Part shown: positions 1 through 6,630 of the stretch, one piece after another | Position numbering within the stretch: the stretch's first letter is position 1 | Layout: each line of letters starts with the position of its first letter | Assembly: GCA_039714075.1 (NCBI GenBank) | Contig: JBDLKA010000069.1 | Location: 1-18,649 of the forward strand | Length of the DNA stretch: 18,649 nt | Direction: 5' to 3' | Source: Candidatus Krumholzibacteriota bacterium | Lineage (GTDB): Bacteria > Krumholzibacteriota > Krumholzibacteriia > LZORAL124-64-63 | Position numbers and translations under genes: made by a program | Notes under the pieces: generated by a model | Databases searched by the model: none | What the model was told of the DNA's origin: nothing | What the model saw: the letters and a program-made list of their open reading frames with translations, nothing else

Positions 1-803
1 GCCCCGGTCTGGAGGTTCGACGAAAGGCAGACCTCGAGATAGACTTCGTCCCGGGCCAGCCGCTTGATCAGTTCCGGATCCTGAACCGCGCTGGTGCCGT
101 GCCCGATGCGGTGGGGCCCCAGGTTGTCCAGGGCTTCCCAGATCCGTTCGGGACCTTCGCTCTCGCCGGCGTGGGCCGTCTTTTTCAGCCCCATGGTCGT
201 GGCCAGTTCGTAAGCGTCCTTGAACAGCAGGGGCGGGTAAGGTGCTTCGTGACCGGCGATGTCGAAACCCACCACCCCCACGCCGTCGTGGTACTCCTCT
301 TTTTCCCCAATGACCTCCCGCAAAAGGATGCGGGCCATGTTGCCGCCGTGATTGCGCATGGCGATGACGATGATCCCCGCCCGGAATTCGGGATGCTCGG
401 CCCCGAACATGGAAAACCCCTTGCGCGTGGCGGCGATCACCTGGCGCGTGGTCAAACCGGCCCGCCGGTGGATGAAGGGATTCATCCGCAGTTCGAGCAG
501 CCGGACCCCGTCGTTCCAGGCGTCCTCGGCCAGTTCATAGGATATGCGCCGGATGTTGTCGTAGAACTGGGTGTACTGCAGGGGAACGTGGAACTTGTCC
601 AGGTAGTCCAGGAGGGTTTTGTCCAGGTTGTCGTCCCACTGCAGGTAATGACGGAACTGCTCAAAATCCAGGCCGGGCACGGCGCTGTAGTATTTTTCCG
701 ACAATTCCCAAAGGGTTTCCGGACGGATGGAGCCGTCGAAATGGCGGTGGATATCCGCCAGGGGAAGGGATTTTATGAAATCGCGTCGTTCCTGATTCGT
801 CAT
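1..803 (-). CDS. add: Adenosine deaminase family protein (3' end runs off the left edge)
   Basis: My translation from ATG at 803 (GAGG upstream): MTNQERRDFIKSLPLADIHRHFDGSIRPETLWEL... It has the Zn-binding HxH (DIHRHFDGS), ELRMNP, GFDIAGHE, TAHAGE, RIGHG and LEVCLSSN motifs and stays open to the window edge. Not in the ORF track because the stop lies outside the window. Confidence 0.9.
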   Translation of the reverse strand, partial: MTNQERRDFIKSLPLADIHRHFDGSIRPETLWELSEKYYSAVPGLDFEQFRHYLQWDDNLDKTLLDYLDKFHVPLQYTQFYDNIRRISYELAEDAWNDGVRLLELRMNPFIHRRAGLTTRQVIAATRKGFSMFGAEHPEFRAGIIVIAMRNHGGNMARILLREVIGEKEEYHDGVGVVGFDIAGHEAPYPPLLFKDAYELATTMGLKKTAHAGESEGPERIWEALDNLGPHRIGHGTSAVQDPELIKRLARDEVYLEVCLSSNLQTG

Positions 804-1011
804 GATCCTGAACCTCGTTTCAGCAGCCAACCGGAAAATTCGGGAGAGGATAGTCATAATGTGGAAATTTGTCCAGGAGCCCTTGATTCCCATTTGCCTG
901 GACGGAGAACAAGTGTTAAATAAGACATAGTAATGTGCTTGGTTTGCGAGTCGATTGCGAGTCCCCACCACCCAGGACCCGCCCATTACCAAATTCGGGG
1001 GTGTACGCGAA

Positions 1012-1461
1012 ATGAAGGTCAACACTAAAGTTCGCTACGGGTTACGTGCCATACTGCAGATTGCTGACAGTTACGGCGGCGATCCGGTGCCCATCAGCGC
1101 CATCAGCGAATCCCAGGAAATCAGTGGAAAATACCTTGAACAGGTGGTCGGCACGCTGCGCAAGGCCGAATTGATCACCAGCCGCAAGGGTGTGCGGGGG
1201 GGCTACAGCCTTTGCCGGAATCCCCAGGACATCAATCTCTGGGAGATCATCACGGCCCTGGACAGCCACACCACCCTGGTGGACTGCGTGCTCGAACCCG
1301 ATACCTGCGACCGCTCGGATGATTGCCTGACCCGTTCCATCTGGACCCTGCTCAGTGCCCGGATGAAGGAATTCTGGTCCAGCTTCACCTTGGCCGATCT
1401 CATCCGCACCATGAACGAGACCGGGGAACACGACCTGGAACAGTTGATCGAACCCAAGTGA
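1012..1461 (+). CDS. Rrf2-family transcriptional regulator (IscR-like, three Cys, probable Fe-S binding)
   Basis: MKVNTKVRYGLRAIL start, HTH region ISGKYLEQVVGTLRKAELITSRKGVRGGYSL, and C-x6-C-x5-C (CVLEPDTCDRSDDC). ATG 1012 preferred over 955 because the family-typical N-terminus starts there. Confidence 0.93.
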   Translation: MKVNTKVRYGLRAILQIADSYGGDPVPISAISESQEISGKYLEQVVGTLRKAELITSRKGVRGGYSLCRNPQDINLWEIITALDSHTTLVDCVLEPDTCDRSDDCLTRSIWTLLSARMKEFWSSFTLADLIRTMNETGEHDLEQLIEPK

Positions 1462-1475
1462 GTTTTTGTCGATTC

Positions 1476-1512
1476 AAGCGGCCCCGCCAATTTCGCGGGG
1501 CCGCTTTTTTTT
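1476..1512 (+). terminator. Rho-independent terminator after the Rrf2 gene
   Basis: Perfect 12-bp stem AAGCGGCCCCGC / GCGGGGCCGCTT, 7-nt loop, run of 8 T, beginning about 15 nt after the stop codon. Confidence 0.92.
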
Positions 1513-1548
1513 ACCCTTGAATATTGCTCCCCCTTCAGCGGTTGCGCG

Positions 1549-1576
1549 TTGACTATCGTGCCGGCGGCAGTAACTT
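1549..1576 (+). promoter_or_regulatory. Candidate sigma70 promoter of pta-ackA
   Basis: TTGACT-16 nt-TAACTT, just downstream of the terminator and about 60 nt upstream of the pta ATG. Confidence 0.5.
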
Positions 1577-1637
1577 TGGCTTAAGCCCGTAAAGAACCAG
1601 CCAAGACCAGGAAAGGGCCAGAAAGAGAGCTCCAACC

Positions 1638-2633
1638 ATGGATTTCGTGGAAAGCCTGCGTCGCAAGGCCGCGCCCCTGCACAAGACCATCGTGCTGCCC
1701 GAAGCCCAGGACCCGCGCATGCTCGAAGCCGCCGGCCGCATCCGGGACAAAGGCATTGCCGCCGTGATCCTTCTGGGCGACCCGGCGTCCGTCGGCAACG
1801 ATCTGGCCCGGTGCGGGGTCGATCCCGAGGGCATCACCATCATCGATCCGGCCGGATCCACCTATCGCGCGGAATTCGTGCGCGCCTACCACGAACTGCG
1901 CCGCCACAAGGGCACGACCGCGGAAGAAGCCGCGGCCGTGATGGAAGACCCCCTCTTTTTCGGGGCCATGCTGGTGAACCAGGGTATCGCCGACGGCATG
2001 GTCGCCGGTGCGGTGAACGCGACCGGCAACGTCCTGCGCGCCGGTTTCCAGATCGTGGGAACCGCAGAGGGCGCCGGCCTGGTGTCCAGCTGTTTCGTGA
2101 TGGTCAGGCCCGACTGGTCCTGCGGCGAAAACGGCATGCTGGTCTTCGCCGATTGCGCCGTCAATCCCCAGCCCGACGCCGGTCAGCTGGCGGAAATCGC
2201 CGTGGCCACCGCCCGCACCGCCAGGGTCCTGTGCGGTTTCGAACCAAAGGTTGCCATGCTAAGCTACAGCACCGCGGGCAGCGGGTCCGGGCCGGATGTC
2301 GACAAGGTGGTCGAGGCCGTCGCCCTGGCCCAAAACCTCGCGCCTGACCTGGAGATCGACGGTCCCCTGCAGTTGGACGCCGCCATCGTTCCGGAAATCG
2401 GCCGGAGCAAGGCACCCGACAGTCCCGTCGCCGGCCGGGCGAACGTCCTGGTTTTTCCCGATCTGGACGCCGGCAACATCGGCTACAAGCTGGTGCAGCG
2501 GCTGGCCGGGGCCCAAGCGGTCGGACCGGTCCTGCAGGGTATGGCCAAAGGCGTGAATGATCTGTCCCGGGGCTGCAGCGTGGATGACATCGTCAACGTG
2601 GCGGCCATCACCGCCCTGCAGAGCGAAGGGTAA
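1638..2633 (+). CDS. pta: Phosphate acetyltransferase (short, catalytic-domain-only form)
   Basis: [74 protein letters not shown] and NDLSRG motifs; 331 aa; adjacent to ackA. Confidence 0.96.
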   Translation: MDFVESLRRKAAPLHKTIVLPEAQDPRMLEAAGRIRDKGIAAVILLGDPASVGNDLARCGVDPEGITIIDPAGSTYRAEFVRAYHELRRHKGTTAEEAAAVMEDPLFFGAMLVNQGIADGMVAGAVNATGNVLRAGFQIVGTAEGAGLVSSCFVMVRPDWSCGENGMLVFADCAVNPQPDAGQLAEIAVATARTARVLCGFEPKVAMLSYSTAGSGSGPDVDKVVEAVALAQNLAPDLEIDGPLQLDAAIVPEIGRSKAPDSPVAGRANVLVFPDLDAGNIGYKLVQRLAGAQAVGPVLQGMAKGVNDLSRGCSVDDIVNVAAITALQSEG

Positions 2634-2650
2634 CGGAGGGTCGGTCGCGG

Positions 2651-3868
2651 ATGCAAAACGATCAGCCGGCAAAAAACGTCCTGATCATCAACTGCGGCAG
2701 CAGCTCGCTCAAATACCAGCTGTTGGACATGCGGCAGGAAAGCCTGCTGGCCAAGGGGCTGGTGGAGCGCATCGGCCTGGAGCAGGGTGTCCATACCTAC
2801 CAGCGCCCCGGGTCCCCCGACCAGGTAGCCGAGCTCCCCGTGGCCGATCATGCCGCGGCCTTCAAACTGTTGCTCGATGCGCTGACCGACGACGCCGACG
2901 GCGTCCTCGGGTCCCTGGCCGAAGTCAGCGCCGTGGGCCACCGGGTGGTGCACGCCGGTGAAAAATTCTCCGGTTCGGTGCTGATCGACGAGGCCGTCCT
3001 CGACACGCTGCGCGAATGCACGCCCCTGGCGCCCCTGCACAATCCCGCGAACATCACCGGAATCGAAGCGGCACGGGCCGTCATGCCCCACGTGCCCATG
3101 GTCGGCGTGTTCGACACCGCCTTCCATCAATCCATGCCCGACCGCGCCTACATCTACCCCATCCCCTACGCTCTTTACGAGGAACACAAGATCCGGCGGT
3201 ACGGGTTTCACGGGACCAGCCACCGCTTCGTCACCCAGCGCGCCGCCCAGATCCTGGAGCGGGACACCACCGACCTGAACCTCATCACCTGCCACCTGGG
3301 CAACGGCGCTTCCATGGCCGCGGTGCTGGGCGGGCAATCCATCGACACCTCCATGGGACTGACGCCCCTGGAAGGGCTGATGATGGGAACCCGGAGCGGG
3401 GATATCGACCCCGCGCTGGTGGGTTTCCTTTCCCGCACCCTGGAATTGTCCCTCGCCGAAGTCGAGCAGATGCTGAACAAGAAAAGCGGGCTGGTCGGCA
3501 TCAGCGGCATCAGCAGCGACCTGCGGGATGTCGAACGGGAATACGCCAACGGCAACGACCGGGCCCGCCTGGCCCTCGAGGTCTACGCCTACCACATCAG
3601 GAAATACATCGGCTCCTATGCGGTGGCCCTCGGCCGGGTGGACGCCATCATCTTCACCGCCGGGGTCGGGGAACATGCGTCCCTGATCAGGGAGTGGGCC
3701 TGCCGGGGGCTGGAAGCGGTCGGCGCCGTCCTGGATCCCTTCAAGAACGCCACGCGCCACGACGAGGCCATCATTTCCAAGATGAGTTCCCGCGTCAAAA
3801 TCATGATCATTCCCACCAATGAAGAGCTCATGATTGCTCGGGACACTCGGGACCTGGTTCTCCCCTGA
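2651..3868 (+). CDS. ackA: Acetate kinase
   Basis: NCGSSSLK, GHRVVH, APLHNP, FDTAFHQ, RYGFHGTSH, HLGNGAS, TPLEG and PTNEE motifs; GGAGG RBS; 17 nt after the pta stop. Confidence 0.97.
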   Translation: MQNDQPAKNVLIINCGSSSLKYQLLDMRQESLLAKGLVERIGLEQGVHTYQRPGSPDQVAELPVADHAAAFKLLLDALTDDADGVLGSLAEVSAVGHRVVHAGEKFSGSVLIDEAVLDTLRECTPLAPLHNPANITGIEAARAVMPHVPMVGVFDTAFHQSMPDRAYIYPIPYALYEEHKIRRYGFHGTSHRFVTQRAAQILERDTTDLNLITCHLGNGASMAAVLGGQSIDTSMGLTPLEGLMMGTRSGDIDPALVGFLSRTLELSLAEVEQMLNKKSGLVGISGISSDLRDVEREYANGNDRARLALEVYAYHIRKYIGSYAVALGRVDAIIFTAGVGEHASLIREWACRGLEAVGAVLDPFKNATRHDEAIISKMSSRVKIMIIPTNEELMIARDTRDLVLP

Positions 3869-3990
3869 AATCATTCCGGATTGATGTAAAGCCATGTTTT
3901 GAAATGTCCTCAACCCTTCGGGCCTGCGGATTATTCAAAACATGGCTTTACATCAATCCGGAATGATTTCAGGGGAGAATCAGGTCGCGA
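3847..3990. repeat. Long inverted repeat (46-bp perfect arms, extendable to 57 bp) between convergent genes
   Basis: 3858-3903 (TTCTCCCCTGAAATCATTCCGGATTGATGTAAAGCCATGTTTTGAA) is the exact reverse complement of 3934-3979. Pairing extends out to 3847/3990 with 2 mismatches. The 30-nt centre contains CTTCGG. Confidence 0.95.
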
Positions 3991-5355
3991 TCAATCAACA
4001 GGAGGCAAGAGGCGGAAGATGGATTGGATCTGGGAGAAGCCGACCAGGGCGCCCTCCTTGTCCAGGGCCCGGACGTACCACACATGGAGGCCCTCGGAAA
4101 TGACGAGTGACTCGGGGAGGTCGATCGAGTTGGTGGTTGTCAGGGGTAGGACACCCCGGTCGAATCTTACTTCGTAGGTGGTGGCGCCCGGCACGGCGGT
4201 CCAACTCAAGGATGTAGGTGGCGTTGGCAAGACCTGTCCGTGGGGAGGATCCCGGGGTTCGATTTCGTGCAGGATGTTCAGGGTTCCCACATTGAATACC
4301 TGGTTGCCCACGATCGTGATGGGTGGATTGCCCGGCTGGGGTGTGTAGAACACGCCGTCGCCCAAGGCGAAGCCCGGTTGAATGATGTAGGTGCCGGGCG
4401 GCACATGTCCGAAAATGAAGCGGCCGAACTCGTCGGTTTTCTCCACCCATCCCACCATGCCGGGACCGGCCTTGTTCCCGGTCGATTGGTCCACGACGCC
4501 CAGGCCGATCACGACATCCACGGCCGGCAATCCGTCCCGCATCAGCACACCTGTGATCACGCCCTTGTGATCCGGATCGAGCAATTCCATTTCAATCGTG
4601 ACGCCGCTGATGTCCAGATTATCGCTGCCGTTGGGCGCGTCATATTTCCAGACAACCGGGCGAAAACCATTGCAGGTGAATCGCAACGGATTGATTTGTA
4701 TAAGGTTGCCTGTCTGGGGATCCTGAGTGAACGGAATCTGGGACACCGAGAACATCCCGTCGGTCCCGGTGACATCATCCGACGGGCCGGTTTCCCCCTG
4801 GTGCCCGGTCAGGTAGGGGGACATGCCGACAAAAACCTGCTTGAGCGGTCGGCCGTCTGCGGAATCGACCACCAGGCCCGCGATCCGGGGCAGGCTGTCG
4901 GCAATAGTCCGGCGTACCTGAATATCCAGGGGAGCAGCCAAAACCTTCAGCCCGCTTTCGGAGTCGGGTGCCAGCAGGGACCGGGACGGGATTCGGCCAT
5001 CTCCGGAAACCTGGGCGCCTGGGAACAAGGTTCCATAACCCGGCAGGGAATGCACCAGATAACCCACTCCGCCGAAGACCATCAGGCTCATGTCCGTTTC
5101 AGGCAGGATACCCAGGTTGACCTGACCGTCGGCATCGGAAATGAACGGGCCCGCCACGGGCGTGTTGAACCGGGGATCCATCACCATGACTTTGATGCCG
5201 GGCACCGGGCTACGGTCCGCTTCGTCAATGACCCGGGCGGTCACCACGAGGACGGGGGGCTTGTCGTCGCCGTCGGAATCGCAACCGGCCAGCGCCGCCA
5301 AAAGGCACAGGCAACCGACCAGTGCCATGAATCCCCGACATGTTCGCGTTTTCAA
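3991..5355 (-). CDS. Lipoprotein with repeated carboxypeptidase-regulatory-like/prealbumin-like beta-sandwich domains and a C-terminal Fn3-like module
   Basis: TTG start with AAGGA RBS; signal peptide ending in lipobox LAGC. Three 'G.V.D....P...V.V ... (T/S)D..G.F' units (VTARVIDEADRSPV..SDADG; IAGLVVDSADGRPL..TGTDGMF; ITGVLMRDGLP..TDEFGRFIFGHVPPGTY). C-terminal LSWTAVPGATTYEV...WYVRA. Confidence 0.75.
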   Translation of the reverse strand: MKTRTCRGFMALVGCLCLLAALAGCDSDGDDKPPVLVVTARVIDEADRSPVPGIKVMVMDPRFNTPVAGPFISDADGQVNLGILPETDMSLMVFGGVGYLVHSLPGYGTLFPGAQVSGDGRIPSRSLLAPDSESGLKVLAAPLDIQVRRTIADSLPRIAGLVVDSADGRPLKQVFVGMSPYLTGHQGETGPSDDVTGTDGMFSVSQIPFTQDPQTGNLIQINPLRFTCNGFRPVVWKYDAPNGSDNLDISGVTIEMELLDPDHKGVITGVLMRDGLPAVDVVIGLGVVDQSTGNKAGPGMVGWVEKTDEFGRFIFGHVPPGTYIIQPGFALGDGVFYTPQPGNPPITIVGNQVFNVGTLNILHEIEPRDPPHGQVLPTPPTSLSWTAVPGATTYEVRFDRGVLPLTTTNSIDLPESLVISEGLHVWYVRALDKEGALVGFSQIQSIFRLLPPVD

Positions 5356-5397
5356 GAGTACGTTCCTTTTGATTGATCACCAGGGCCATCTCCGTCA

Positions 5398-5406
5398 ACT
5401 ATACCA
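5398..5406 (-). promoter_or_regulatory. Candidate extended -10 element for the lipoprotein gene
   Basis: Minus strand reads TG-G-TATAGT, about 43 nt upstream of the TTG start; no convincing -35. Confidence 0.4.
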
Positions 5407-5474
5407 AAGCAATGGGGCGGCGACCAGCGGTCACCGCCCCCTCCCCTCCGGGCGTTGACGCCCCCACCAAGGAT

Positions 5475-6407
5475 TCAATAGGCCGCCAAAACCGCCCGCC
5501 GGTTGAAGTGGAACGAGCCACGCATGACCACAGCCCCGGTGGCCACCAGGTCGATGGCCGTGATGCGCCCGCCGGGAACCTTCAGGTGGATTTCTGCTCT
5601 GGTGGGCCGACCCAGGGAATGGCCCTGCTCGGTCACCACCTTCAGTTTGTCCGCCAGGGGAACCAGCCCCCGGTCGACCAGGTAGGCCGCCACGGCGCCG
5701 AGAGAGGTGCCGCTGGCCAGGTCTTCGTCCGCTCCCACGCGGGGATGGAAGAAGCGGCAATGGAAATCGGCTTCGCTGCTGTAGGTGTCCGGGCAAAAGA
5801 GGGTGATGCCGCCGACGCCGCGGCGGTCGGTCAATTCACCGATGCGCTCCATGTCCCGGAACACGCCCCGGATGGCGTTGCGCTCGTTGACCGGAACGAT
5901 GATCTGGTCGAAACCGCAGGACACCCGGTGCGGACCGTGATCGCCGATTCGCAGGTACTCGGCGGGCAGGTCGAGGGCCGCGGCAACCTCGCCCGCGGGC
6001 ACCGGTTCACCGAACCGGGGGTCCGGCAGACGCAGGGTGATATGGGTCCGGCCGTCCTCCCCGGCGGTCAGGGTTACCGGCAGAATACCCGCCCCGGTTT
6101 CCAGACGGATCTCCAACCCGTCCGGATGGGGCTTGTAGAATCCCCGGTCGGCCATGGAGGCAAAAGCGGCAATGACCACGTGGCCGCTGAGAATGGCTTC
6201 ACGCCGTTTGGTAAAAAACCGCAGACGGACATCGGCCCCGGCAGATTCCGGCGGCAGAACGAAACCGGCTTCCATGGAAAGCTCGTCGGTGATCTGAAGC
6301 ATCTCGGCTTCGGTAAGGGTCGCCGCGTTGGGAATGATGGCGGCGGGATTGCCGGTGAACGGACGCTCAGCGAAGGCATCAACAATGTGGAAGGGAATGA
6401 TAGCCAT
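5475..6407 (-). CDS. PhzF-family isomerase/epimerase-fold protein
   Basis: VDAFAERPFTGNPAAI, MEAGF (catalytic Glu position), LRFFT..SGH, ETGAG, EDLASGT and EQGHSLGRP motifs; AGAGG RBS. Confidence 0.9.
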   Translation of the reverse strand: MAIIPFHIVDAFAERPFTGNPAAIIPNAATLTEAEMLQITDELSMEAGFVLPPESAGADVRLRFFTKRREAILSGHVVIAAFASMADRGFYKPHPDGLEIRLETGAGILPVTLTAGEDGRTHITLRLPDPRFGEPVPAGEVAAALDLPAEYLRIGDHGPHRVSCGFDQIIVPVNERNAIRGVFRDMERIGELTDRRGVGGITLFCPDTYSSEADFHCRFFHPRVGADEDLASGTSLGAVAAYLVDRGLVPLADKLKVVTEQGHSLGRPTRAEIHLKVPGGRITAIDLVATGAVVMRGSFHFNRRAVLAAY

Positions 6408-6630
6408 GGCGTCCTCTTTCGTTTTGGCACCGGTTTTCCGGACACCGATCCAGGCACCCGACGGCGGGTTTTCTGGAGAACCCGGACACCGGGCGGGTAC
6501 GCGAGGAGCGATGAAATCATGTTAACAATAAAACATGGCCTTCACAACCAGCTTGCCCTGCGGGCCCCGGGGAACTTTTTTTCAGAGAGGGGTTCAGAGC
6601 CAGGTCCCCACCGCCCTTGGAAAGGAATTC

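Noticed and set aside
99..923. 274-aa plus-strand ORF
   Set aside because: Antisense shadow of the minus-strand adenosine deaminase, which carries the family motifs.
2483..3913. 476-aa minus-strand ORF
   Set aside because: Antisense to ackA; long shadow ORFs are expected from high-GC codon bias, and it has no motifs.
3899..4177. 92-aa ORF starting within the palindrome; palindrome as a CRISPR or full IS element
   Set aside because: The ORF overlaps the lipoprotein gene antisense and has no RBS. There is no direct repeat-spacer array, transposase or target-site duplication.
5475..6407. Phenazine biosynthesis cluster
   Set aside because: Only a lone PhzF-family gene; no phzA/B/D/E/G in the window.
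6438..6491. Direct repeat CCGGACACCG upstream of phzF
   Set aside because: Two short GC-rich copies in GC-rich DNA, with no supporting context.
6530..6546. AAAACATGGC shared with the palindrome arm at 3937-3946
   Set aside because: Only a 10-bp exact match with weak extension; not distinguishable from chance without a genome-wide count.
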